Shown here piece after piece: positions 38,681-50,649 of a stretch of DNA of 64,000 nucleotides. How positions within the stretch are numbered: position 1 is the first letter of the stretch; the number at the start of each line of letters is the position of its first letter. Below the pieces are notes generated by a model. That model was not told the origin of the DNA, searched no databases, and was given only the letters and a program-made list of their open reading frames with translations. The translations under genes were made by a program, and so were the position numbers. Origin of the DNA: Hyphochytrium catenoides (Eukaryota; Protista; Hyphochytriomycota); contig FLMG01002184.1 of NCBI GenBank assembly GCA_900088475.1, forward strand, positions 1 to 64,000. Direction: 5' to 3'.

Positions 38681-41600
38681 TCAAAGAGAATGTTCTTCGG
38701 ATATTGTCTGCGAGGCACGGGGGGTTTGGAATGTGGCCTCCTGCAATAGCTTAATGGCCTGCTCATCAATCTCGAGAGTAGGCTGTGGACGGACACGTCA
38801 GACCTTCCTAAAAGATACCACCAAGAGCCTACTAGCTTACCTGATAGTCAAAGTCCTTGAAGACTTTGTCCCTTGAACTCCGTGAGTAGTAGCCTGATAC
38901 GCCGATGGCCCCTTTCTCATGATCTGAAATGGCATCCGCTCGGCCGTGTAGCTTGGCGAGATCGCTTGTGTCTTTCACCTTCCCAGCCAATGGGGCACGG
39001 AGCTGCTTCTGCAGCAGTGCTTCCCAGTCCATGTCAGCAAAGAATGGATGAGCCTGCACGAATTGAGTTACGATATGTACCATCTTGCGAAGTTCCAATT
39101 CGCTGACCTTAATCTCCTGGGCCCCATTGGCGCCTAGACGTTTGGTTGGGTCCCGTTGCAGGAGACCGACCAGAAGTGATTGGGCTTCTGAGCTCAAGTT
39201 CTGAGGAACCGTAAGCTCGCCATGAAGGATGTTCTGGAATAGTTTTTGCTTGTCATTGTTATAAAACGGGGGAAGTCCTGTCAACATCTCATAAAGGAGA
39301 GCGCCAACACTGTACCAATCCAAGGTGTGACCATGCCTGCATTGAAAACATTGACGTAAGTCAACGCCTTCCTTTTAGGCCCCAAAGAAGTCAGACAACC
39401 TACCCCGCTTTCTGCAGCATCTCCGGGGCTAAGTACATAGGCGAACCGCAGAAGGTATTGGCAGTGGCATCATCGGCGAGGCCCTCTTTTGATATTCCAA
39501 AGTCAGTCAAGAGTGCATTACCACCAGAGTCAATGACCACGTTTTCAGGCTTTAAGTCTCGGAACACTATGCCCTTAGAGTGTAAGAACTCGAGGGCCAA
39601 TATAATCTGTGCAATGTAGAACTTGGCATCCGCTTCTGAGAAGAACTTCATTTTGCTAAGATGTGACAGCAAGTCGCCCCCTGAGCAGTAATCCATCACG
39701 AAGAACAGCCTATCTTCTGTCTGAAATAAATAGGCTCTGAGATTCTCTGATGACAAAAGAAGACCCCAACACACTTACCTGAAAAGCGTAGTGCATTTGT
39801 ACTATGAAAGGGTGATCAACGGATGCTTGAAAAGTATTCTTTTCGGTCATAATGTAGCGGGCCTGATTCTTCTGAAGGATCGAGTGCTTGTTGTAAGCCT
39901 TCATTGCGTACCAGTTGTCGCTGTTGCTGCCTTTTCCGCGCACCAGGTAGACCTAACAGACACGGGGTTCAGAGGTAAGTGTTGGAATGAATAGATCTAG
40001 AAGGTCGGCTTGCCTTGGCGAACGCCCCACGACCTAGAACTTTGACAAACTCGAAGTCCCTAGGTCCGAGAGCTAGCTCCGGCTTGTATCTATTGAAAAA
40101 CCAGTTTCGTGCTTCTTCCCCTTCGGAGTGAGCGGAGTGCTGTTGACAGCCAATGAGAATCACAAAATTCCTAAGTTTCCACTGCTGACTAATCCTACCT
40201 GCACATTCTGCCCTACTTCTGGCCCACCAGGGCGAACTGCCAAAAGGACTCTGACTGGATGCCCTATTGGAGCAAAATGGACCGGAAGGCTACCTGTAGC
40301 ATTGATCACGTCATTACGCCCTTCTCGCGCAAGCAGAAGCTTCACCATTTCTATCTGCCCAGTTTCGGCGGCATAGTGCATTGCAGTGTTCCCTTGTTGG
40401 TCTTGAGCGTTGGGATTAGCCCCTCGTAGTGAGAGTACATCTACCACGCCTACATAGCCTTTCTTGGCTGCCAAATGTAAGGCTGTCATCTTGTCTCTAG
40501 TCTTTGCGTTTATGATGGCCCCTCTATCAAGCAGAAGTTCGGTCATCTCTGGATAGTTCTTCGACGCTGCAATGTGAAGAGCAGTCCACTGGTCCACGCC
40601 CTTCCCGTTGACATCGACAACGGCTGTAGAGAGAGACCGTTACGTCACGTAATGTCACCGCACGCACTCTCCCCTGTTACCTTCATCTAGCAATTTAGCT
40701 ACTGTTGCTTCGTCACCTTCTTCTACTGCGTCCCACAACTGGAATTGCTTCTGTCGGACTTGACGTAGGTCGAGCGTCGCTGATTTTCTCCGGAAATGGC
40801 GCTTGTCATTGAGCTTCAGCGATATCTGAGAATGCGTTAAAGCTTGCGGTATCGAGCCATCTGGGCCAGTGTCTACAACAACAGAATGATTAAGAATATA
40901 AGTAGCTTTGCTAGATCATGAGCTCTTCGAAAGGGACTCACTGCGTCGTCCTCTTCCATTAGCTATAACAAGCATTTTGTTAGAGCCAGCTTTCGGAGGT
41001 ATGATCGTGATAAAAATTGGCCTTACCTGCCTCCACACTAGCACTGGCCGCTCGCCTCAGTGACGATACGTGAGTCCTTAGCGCCTCTATCCACTCTTCC
41101 GCCTCCTGGGCAGTGTCTGCTTGTGCGTATAGCGTCTTCGTAGAGGTCTTGACCTGTCCGCCATAGGTTAATAATAGAGGTTAGGTAAGGAATCGTACGT
41201 TTAGAAAAAGCGAGTAGGCAAAGTTGGACCTCGAAGCAGTTGCATTTGCCATCAATCTGGCACTTTCGCACGACTGTGTCTGCAGAGAGACTCAGTTCAC
41301 CTTTGAGGTGAGCTAACTCCTCTTTCTGGGAAGCGAAGAGGCCACTTTGCTGCTTATAGTAGGACAATTCCCCGTTCGATAGCACAAAGAACCTTTGGAG
41401 ATGAACCTCAGTGAGAAGCCACCACATCGTAACGAAGGGAGTTGCAAACCTGCGCTTCCAGTTCGCAAAGGCTTCCATACTAGAAATTGATCGCTTGGTA
41501 AGAAAGCCAGTCTTACTCACAACTACTGGAGGGCGATAAGAGAGCGGCGACTGAGAGCTTGCGACAACCAGTTCGCTTTTTCTTCTCGGCCTAGTGGCAT

Positions 41601-41838
41601 CTTTGGCTCTTTCAAGCGGAGAGCTAGTCGTTGAGGAAGGGCTTAGTAGCCCCTTATCCTTGCTTTCTATTTCAGACGACTTCGTGGTAGCGGTGGGCTG
41701 CAGCGGGCCCGTGACGACCTGTCCTTCTCCATTGGTAGCTACTGGTTGAGATTCTGCTTGCTCACGAGTTGTCGATGGCGTCGATCCTGCGCTTGAGGTC
41801 GGTACTGACCCAGCCACGGACCCAGACTCGTCCATCAT
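38681..41838 (-). CDS. AGC-group Ser/Thr kinase with PH domain and ankyrin repeats (PH-ANK-kinase)
   Basis: PH: KTGFLTKRS..WKRR|FFVLSNGELSYYK..EAEEWIEAL. ANK: WTALHIAA, MTALHLAA, NTAMHYAA. Kinase: LGRGAFAK|VYLV, YAMK, HPFIV, FRDLKPEN, LTDFG, TFCGSPMYLAPE, DWYSVG, HPFF; tail FKDFDY. Confidence 0.9.
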
Positions 41839-43388
41839 TCTAATCCCTGGCAACTTTGGGCCTGCTACAGCACTAGATTGTTCACCTCCACAAGAGACAC
41901 AGCTCGCCCTTCAAGCCAGATCTCTTCCTGCCACCATAGTCCTGGGTATATTTGCACTGACAACCGGACCTCTATCAAACTACGGTCTCGCTGAGACTGC
42001 CTACGAGCATCGCCTTCTGGAGCTGGCCAACAGCTGGACAAAAACAGACGTCAGTTCTAATGGTGGTTGGCCTCTATTCAGCGCTCCCTCCTCGTTATCA
42101 TGCTCTAACCACCGAGAATGAGCTCTTCCAGCGTCTACCCTCCTCCTCCTGGCACTCCTAAGCAGCTTTATAGGCAATGACCAAGCACATCAACCACTAC
42201 TCAGACCCTTAAGCGGCAGTTATTGCATAATAAACTCTGCTGCTCCGCCCAATGTCTTAATGTCTGCAGCATAGGAGCATCATCTGATAGAGTTCGCGGT
42301 GTCGTATTCCTCTCTGTCCACCTTTCCCCTTGAGAAGTGCTGGATAGTGTATCTCACAGACCTGTCCCGCATTCTACCTTCTTGTCTGTCTATTCCTCTC
42401 TCTGATTCTGCTGGCTCCTGGCTCGTCTAACTCTGTCTCATCGTTGCGTTCTTCAAGACCTGGATAGTGTCTCAAGAGTGAGGGCACACTCCATATCTAT
42501 CAATAGCTCTGTCTCGAGTTTTTCTGTTGTTCCTTCAGTGCTGTGTTTCCATCGCGAGTGAAACCTTCAGGGAAAAATACATCACACTCATTTGAGTAGA
42601 GCTATAAACTTCAATTGAAGGAAACAATCGTGCCAAGGGAAACTATTTGATGAGAATGGGAAATGAGCCGCAGGTCTCATCATAATACGGGAAAAAGGAT
42701 CGTTTGGTGGGTGGGACATTCAGCTCAAAAGGTAATCAATCATCAATAACCGTATACAGCCTTCTATGGTTATCACAATGACCATCAATCTCGTGGCATT
42801 ATTATTCTACCGATAGCTTACGTGCCCACGGATTTCCATGCAAGTGTCAGCATTATTACCTCCTCGATAGTAGTACGTCCGAAGTGGTGCCTAATATAAT
42901 GTATGTCAAAAGATGAAGTGGCAATACCTCAGGTGTTTGGACCTTCCCAAAGGTTGTTGGGGAGGGAGATTTTCTGGACGATCGAAGCGCCATCATCATC
43001 CTGCGCCTGCTCTCCTGCCGCCTGCCGCCTGCAGCCTCATGAAGTTTGACTCATACTTCGTCAACATGCCTGGCATAGTCTCTGCTGACCCGCATCGGCA
43101 AGAAGTTCTACTATGTCCCAGGCAAAGCTTTAGCGGCTGCATGTAGCAAGAACAACTTCCCTGACCCACCTCCTCCTCGAATGCATTGAACCCCTGCCGA
43201 TCTTCCCGAATACCTTTCTCTGTATCAAGCGAATCTCTTTCTGTCCAATAATTCGCGCGAACGCACGAATAGTTACCCGTCATTCTTTGCTCGGCTACGG
43301 GTTTGCCGAGCAAGCGGAGACCCTAAGTTTGCAGGACAAGGAGCGGAGAGGAATCAAGAGCTTCCAAAGTTGATAACCTATCTTAAAT

Positions 43389-44230
43389 ATGGCGCTTAGT
43401 GGAGTTGCCATTCTCTGCCAAGCACTTATACTTCTCTTACCATCAGCGGAGGCAGCCTGGAGTGACGCGGACAAGGCTGCCCTTCGGAGCACCTGCCTCA
43501 ACACAAACTCTGCATTACGGGCCGCAGATGCGGACGCTCATTGCATCACTCCATACTGCGAATGTGCATCGGAAGCTGTTCCAATCCAGTTTGCATCTGC
43601 CGCTGACGTCAACGTCACTTCTCCAGAGTTCACAGCTGTCGCTAACGGTTGCCTTCAGAAAACTTGTGCAACCTATGACAGCTGCTTAAAGTACAAGAAC
43701 CCAGCGACAGAATGGTTTGCATGGTCTAACACTTCCAAGGCAAAGTTCTGCAGCTGTTGGTCTAATGCAACTATTGCCTGGCTGGTTCGGAATCCTCAGA
43801 CAGTCATGCCCTTCCAAATGGAGGTTGAGATTGACGAGCTCTGCTTGCAAGAGCCATCTGCAGACGAATGTGCCATTCTCCCTACAAGCACCTTTGACCC
43901 GGTTGACTGGTCTAGTTCTGAAAAGTATTCCGCTTGCTCATGTGTGGCAGCAAGCGCGGCGAAGTATTATGCGACGGACCTGACAGCAACATCAATTTCA
44001 GCCGACAGAGAAGCATCCATCATTCATGCTTGTGCTGATGCCCAAGGCCGATCAAAGGGCGCATCATCGGCTACTGGCGTAACGACTGCTCCCGCTTCAA
44101 CGGTGATCCCTGATAAGAAAAATGAGTTTCAGAAGACCAGCGCTGAATCTCCAAAGAAATCGGCAAGCAGCTCCTTTGTTCAGCCTTCTAGAAGTGCGTG
44201 GCTCTTAGGTTTGTTCCTAGGTCTGCACAT
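43389..44230 (+). CDS. Secreted cysteine-rich repeat protein, probably GPI-anchored; C-terminus runs into an assembly gap
   Basis: Signal peptide MALSGVAILCQALILLLPSAEA, three Cys-patterned helical repeats, S/T/K-rich stalk, hydrophobic tail WLLGLFLGL; 280 open codons with no intron. Confidence 0.7.
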
Positions 44231-44305
44231 NNNNNNNNNNNNNNNNNNNNNNNNNNNNNNNNNNNNNNNNNNNNNNNNNNNNNNNNNNNNNNNNNNNNNN
44301 NNNNN
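44231..44305. other. Scaffold gap (75 N)
   Basis: Run of n characters. Confidence 0.99.
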
Positions 44306-47300
44306 AGATAAACTCTTGACTAAGCAGTGGCTTAGTCTGATCGTGATCTGTTCTCAGCTTGTTGCCATTGTTAAGTAGAGCGTACAACCCATCCCTGAGC
44401 TTCTACTGTACCAAGTCCACGCGTAGACTTGGTGGGCTATTATTATAGTCCTTTGAGAAGTCAAGTCCCTACCCTCGAGACTCATTCGATGGAGGGCAAA
44501 GGTCCGCAACAAACCGCCTTTTGTGAGTCGCTAAAGGGTAGGTTTGCCCTCCAAGCCAGGAGTGAGGCTGGACAAGTAATCGAGACCTTCCTTACTTTTA
44601 TTGGCGATAGCGACTTCCACACTTAGGCGGTGGCATTGATAACGAAGCCAACTTTTCACGGTGTCATCTTTGCTGATAGCTCACGTACCACAGTGTCACT
44701 TTAATGGACTTAAGTTACGGAAACTTGTATATGCGCTAGTCAAGTTATGTCTACGAGTTAAACTGCTAGATATTTTGTCATGTTTGGGTTATGGTGGTCA
44801 TTGCAAACAGTAGTAAGTAACGGAGAAAAAATATACCGGGCTGCTGCTACTACTGCACCCAACCTCCTCCACGCTGCTGCAGACTAGAGCCAACACGTCT
44901 AGCAAAACAGCTAAGAGGCTAGCGTTCACAACTGTCTGAGGTGGACACGTTCACTCACTGTGACATTGTCTTTTCCCTCAATGGAAGCGACACCTCCTAG
45001 AAGAACGTGGTCCTTCCAGAGGAGATATGACTTTCTTCACAATCGCTCGTTCCCTCACTTCCCGATTCCTTGCCCATCATGCCCCGCCTGATGATATCGC
45101 ATTACCAATGGAATCCTCTTCTCGTCTATACGTTTACTTTAACTTTCTGTTTTTCTTCATCATGCCTTTATTTCCTCCTTCTCCATAATAAATGCCACCT
45201 TTCTGCCTTCTTCATCCTGGGTTCTGTCGTACTGACCACTGTAGAGCCTACCAGAATGCTTTGCTGCTGCCTCGGAAGGACTACCTAGGTCACTAGTTCT
45301 ACTCCCGTGGTGCCATACAATTTTCCTTTATTATCAACGGCTGCACGGTAGTGTAGGCTCTTATCAGTGTTAGACCAGTAGTGTTCCTGTAGTGGTGGTG
45401 TAAGTAGCCCATCAACACTAACATTCATGGGATGGTATATTCTATTGTGCTGAGAGAACGGTAGAAGAAGTTCTCCGAGTCCCCAAAACGCCTTCGAGCT
45501 CAGGTTCCTTCTATTTGAAGGGAAAAGCAGTGATATATGTTAGATGGCTTCATCACGTTCGTTCTCTGCAGCCTGCTCACAAGTACATTACTAGTAAGTG
45601 GAGAGGGCGGGCTCATAAACATGCGGAGCCACATGAGGTAAATAACGAACGTCCACTGGAAACACGAAGAATGCATACTATTATTATTAGCCAGCCCGAT
45701 GGTGAGAAAAAGTAGCGTCTTCTGCGACAGTACAATGGAGCTGTGGCAATATATAGCAAGTTGGCAACAGAACGGACTGACCTTCCGAGATGAAAGGTAG
45801 TTCTAAACTATCAGAACACAAGGAGTCAGGCTCGGGGTCGTCGCTAACAGAATCCAGTGTAGTACAAAGATTATGACAAGAAGCCAGGGGCTATATTGCT
45901 TCTAATGGGTTGTTGTCGGAATATGAAAGAAAGAAAGACGCTTCCAGTGGAGCTCATGTTTTATCAATCATCGATCACCCATGTGAGGCGTCACCTTCTG
46001 ACTGTTAGAAAGTGGTCTTGCAAACAACTCGATCGGAAGCTGCTCTAAAAATGACACTTCGTATGGATAGAAGTATAGAAGTACTACTGGGTTGGCGTCC
46101 TAGGTCTTTCCGTTGAATAGCCTCCTCCAATGTCTAGGGCATCCCCCGCCGACCCTTGACGCTTTTGTCGAGGAGCATGCCTGCCCACAGCTCTACCCGC
46201 CGTTAACTATGGTGATATTCTAGTTATAGGAGGGTACTCCTCATCTTTTCTCTTATTACTAACAACCGTCGTCGTATCTTGTCTAATACTGCTGGGACGC
46301 CAGAATGGCTACATGCTGCGACAATGTTTGGGTGGAAGACTACCTGCATGCATCAAGAGAGAGGGCCATTCCTCCTTTCACTCTCATGACATACAAACCA
46401 GAGGAAGGTTTTGGCATTATGTGGAAAGGAGAAATTCTGATTTGACGTCGTTTCTCCTCGCCGTTGAGGCAGGGCTTACTTCCAGAGCGTAGAGGTCGAT
46501 TGAGTTCTTCTCGCCTGTCCCGTTCTAGTGCTATCAGCTATCAGTCGCCTACCGCGTTTGTTGCTCTGTGAGACTGCAGCAAATCTGCTCCCCTTCTCCT
46601 GGTCACATTGAGCTTCAACAAGGTTGGCCACTTTCTGAAGGTGAAAAAAGAAAACCTGAATGTTAGGGCTTTCCGGACAAAGTCAAAATAATGAGATAGA
46701 ACTACTAGTAGTGTTTGCCCATGGTGAGGGAATAGTAGAGTAGAAGAATAGGAGTGTGGGAGCTTGGGAGTGCGGTAGCAGGAACTGAACTAGTGCTGGT
46801 GATGGAGACAAGGAGAACCTCTATTGATGTTGCCTCTTCTTCTTCGTACGGTACAACGGTCGTTACCACCCACTGCTGGCGACTAGCGGCTCTAGTTGTT
46901 GGTCTTTCTATAAAATTGAGCAAGAAGCAGCGCTACTGCAGCAGGACTTCATCCTTGCCTTGTAGGAACCAACAACTAGGAAGCAGAGGATCATTATTCC
47001 TAGAAGAAGGCGAACCAGATGATGAGGAGGCTTTGATGAGGTCTGATGGAGCAGCACGAAGCAACCAGCAGCCATGGGCGATAGGTCACGCGCAGGAGGA
47101 GAAGAAGGATGAAGGGGAAGAAGAACGGACGAAAAATGACCTTCCTCTCTGCTTCTGAGACAGACGCATCGACACCTTCAGGCCGTGCTCACTGGCAGTA
47201 ATAATGACAGGTTCTAAGTCACTCTTCACAGGGAAATCTGAGACTTCTAATGGCAGTGGTCACAATAATAGTGCTAGAGGTGGATGCAGCAGGAAGAGCA

Positions 47301-48452
47301 AGGTGAGACATTCGGATCTTCGAACCCCCACAAGCGCCTTCCATCGAAACATTAAGGAAAGGAAGGAGACAGAGGAATCTTTCTAAACATAGTACATTTA
47401 GTGTGCCTTTATTTATTTCAGAGGGAATGTAATGAAAACTATGACAGAGAGAGACGGTTCTTGGGTGTGTCTGTCTGGAGTTTCTGTGGCTCTGACAGGC
47501 GATCGAGAGACAGGGAAGGCAGAGAGTGCACGACCGCTGATCATAAAGGCGAACAAAGGCTGGCTTACCTCTTCACAGACAGAGCGCAAACGCTTCTTTC
47601 GTCCTAAACGTCATCACTTCATCTCATTCAGTCGCCAGTCTCCAGCACTGCAGTGGAAGGCAGGCAGGCAGCAGAGCTCTGAAACGAGACAAGGACAGCA
47701 AGGGGACATTCTGCTCTTTCCTCTTTTCCTTCTTCTGTTCTGTTCTTTGGGTTCTGCTGAGCATCCAGATCGCCAGTGGGGCCCACAAAAGAACAGGGTA
47801 GGAATTTCCCTTACGCTCATTTGCTAGCTCCTCTCTCTTTCTTTCGCTCAAGGGTTGTGCTGGCTAGAGAGCCTCCCGCTCGCTCTCCAAGCCTCTACTA
47901 ATGAGACAGCTCTAAATAGCCGCATCATTATCATGTATATAACCTCCTCACCAAAGAGTAGAACTACTGTAGAAGAGAGTAGATCTAGTCATGTTGCAAC
48001 AGTTCAGAGCGACCAGAGGAGAAATAATGACGCTCCGCATCTTCAAGTCATTTAAAGGCTGTGAGACTAGAGAGACAGACATGGAAGGAAAGAAAGGGAA
48101 CGTACTGTCAAGTTCTTAAGGGTTCCTACTGTTACGGCTGGCCTTGGAGACGGAACAGACAGTCGCTTTCGCCACAGTGTGCACTTTAGATTATCCCTTT
48201 GACGGTCACGTGCATTGTGCCGACAAAGCGGCGCTACCCTAAAGCTTCTCTTCTGTCACTCCTTCTCCTCCAAGCCAGAAGTCACCTCGCCGTCTAGATC
48301 AAACTGCCACATTGCCACCGACCCTCTCTTATACAAGGTGGCTACTACTCTGAGTCTTTAGTCGTCTCACTCATCTCTGGACAATCTTCAGATAGCACGT
48401 GCCGACGCCATTATTGACCCGTAATAGAGTCTGAAGTGCTTTCTATCCAAGG

Positions 48453-50039
48453 ATGGTGCAGGCGGTAGTGGACTGGTTCACGCCCAAGAGGCAGATGATC
48501 ATCTTTGTGATCATCAACATCTTCAACTACATTGATCGCGGTATTGTGCCAGGTGCCCCTGAATACTTCACAGAATTTATCGAAGAAGTGAAGCAGACGG
48601 AGACAACCGGTGTGCTCTTTGGCCTTTTGACCATGGTCTTCATTATTGGCTATATGCTCGCCACATTGGTCTTCGGATACCTCTTGCGTTTCGTGCCCCC
48701 GATGAGAGTGATTGGCTACGGTCTGATTGTCCACGTAGCCTCACTCCTCATGTCTGGCTCAGCGTACTACGCCAACTCCTATGAGGTGCTGCTTATTGCC
48801 AGGTGTCTCAGTGGGGCGGGAGAGGCCGCTTTCTGCATTATCACTCCCGCAATCATCGACGACCAAGCTCCACCAGAAAAGAAGGGGACATGGCTAGCAA
48901 TCCTCTTTGCGGCTATCCCTGTTGGTACTGCTCTCGGGTATGGGTATGGCAGCTTCGTATCAAAAGCTCTTGGCTGGCAGTGGGCTTTCTTCCTCGAGTC
49001 TCTTCCTTATTATCCTATGATTGTCTTCTGCTTCATGCTTGACGAACTCAAGCTGAATATGAGTGCAAAGGCCGCAGTTGGGGCCATTGGTGGTAAAAGT
49101 GGGGTGGATGATGAGCCACTTAGCGTTCGGAACTCTGGTTTGGGTTGCCGCGCGCATTTGGTTTCTTTAGATGCAGCACTTCCACGAGATTCCACCGAAG
49201 TAGTGGCCAAGGCCGTTGAGCTCGCTGATAAGTCTCAAGATGCACCTCAGCCATCCCTTTTGGTGGAGAGTAAGATCATCCTTACTACCCCGCTCTTTAT
49301 GATCTCCGCCTTTGGTCAATCAGCGACAACAGCCTTCGTTGCAGGACTCTCGGTCTGGGCTCCGCTCATTGTCAGACAGCTCCAGTTCACTGATTCTCAG
49401 GAAACTGCTTCACTCATGGTGGGAGGTATCGCCCTAATTGGCGGTCTTGTGGGAACCCCTCTTGGTGGATTCCTTGTGGACAAGTATGGAGGTAATGACA
49501 ACGCGACAAAGCTGAAATCTTCTGTGGCGCAGCTTGCCGTGATTGCGGTGGTGAGCACCGTCTTCTTCCTCATCCTGCCCTGGGTCAGCAGCATTATTCT
49601 TTTCTTCATCCTCTCGGTGATTGGCCTCACTGTTATCATGTGCAACATCTCTCCGTGCACTGTTGCCTACTTGTATACAGTTCCAGCAAGAAGTAGAGGC
49701 TTTGCCATGGGCATTGCCACCATGATCATTCACTTGTTCGGTGATGTACCAGCGCCCGTAATCATCGGTGGAATCAAAGACCTTCTTGCTCCTCCTTCCA
49801 CTATCATTGGCGAAGAAGGGAAGGATAAGATCTACAGTGAAGAGGGCATTAGGGGCCTCAGATGGACTCTATTTATCCTTTCTTGCTGGATGTTCGTTGC
49901 AGTTTTCTTCTGGGTGCTGGGGTACTTTGTATTCATGAAGCAACTTCGCCAGCATGAAGCACAGCAGAATCAGTCAGAGTTGGTCGTGGATAAGGAAGGA
50001 CACACCCCCGACGCTAAGTATACTGAGAACACGGTCTAA
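48453..50039 (+). CDS. Spinster-family MFS transporter, intronless, 528 aa
   Basis: INIFNYIDRG, ARCLSGAGEA, IIDDQAP, AIPVGTALGY, WQWAF, IHLFGDVPAPVIIG; ~12 hydrophobic segments; acidic-dileucine-like SELVV near the C-terminus. Confidence 0.9.
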   Translation: MVQAVVDWFTPKRQMIIFVIINIFNYIDRGIVPGAPEYFTEFIEEVKQTETTGVLFGLLTMVFIIGYMLATLVFGYLLRFVPPMRVIGYGLIVHVASLLMSGSAYYANSYEVLLIARCLSGAGEAAFCIITPAIIDDQAPPEKKGTWLAILFAAIPVGTALGYGYGSFVSKALGWQWAFFLESLPYYPMIVFCFMLDELKLNMSAKAAVGAIGGKSGVDDEPLSVRNSGLGCRAHLVSLDAALPRDSTEVVAKAVELADKSQDAPQPSLLVESKIILTTPLFMISAFGQSATTAFVAGLSVWAPLIVRQLQFTDSQETASLMVGGIALIGGLVGTPLGGFLVDKYGGNDNATKLKSSVAQLAVIAVVSTVFFLILPWVSSIILFFILSVIGLTVIMCNISPCTVAYLYTVPARSRGFAMGIATMIIHLFGDVPAPVIIGGIKDLLAPPSTIIGEEGKDKIYSEEGIRGLRWTLFILSCWMFVAVFFWVLGYFVFMKQLRQHEAQQNQSELVVDKEGHTPDAKYTENTV

Positions 50040-50649
50040 GCGAGCTCTAAGACTACCTTATGTCTTCTGGGCGCTGAACTTGCACCGGATCTCACTCTCT
50101 ACCCGCACCGCTTGGCATAGACCTGTGTAGAACTAGCTAATCATCAATCCTATCCTATAGAAATCTCACTATTACCGCCACTTCGATTGCAACTCTGGTC
50201 CTCTTCAGCGCCACAACTGCCTCGCCTTAAGGGAAGACGGGTGTAACTGCACAATGGTCTTGACAGCTTTCGTAGGACTTTACCAAGCATCTAGCTCTAA
50301 CTGCAAACCGCCCGCAATCCCATTGCCATCCTTTCCCTGTAAGTCCTAGCACAGCATTCAAGGATAACCTCCACGATTGACAGATCGTCCACAGCTCCGA
50401 TGAATGCGCGAACGGGTAGGCAAATGACTAGCATACGTGACTAGTATTAGCTTATCGGATGAGCTCTTCTCTGCAGGCCTTGGGTTTCTTTCGTCTTTCC
50501 TGCTCCTGACGCCGCAGAGAGACCTCCTCTGTGTCTCCCTCATCATGATGCACGTTAGCGGCCCCTTGGGGCTGAGGGGACATTGCTTGAGAAGCGCGTG
50601 AATAATGTCGTTACAGAATCTTCATGCTCCTTCACCTACGGAACGGTGA

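Noticed and set aside
44306-44378. ORF-track continuation of the secreted protein past the gap
   Set aside because: The frame across an estimated N gap is not meaningful.
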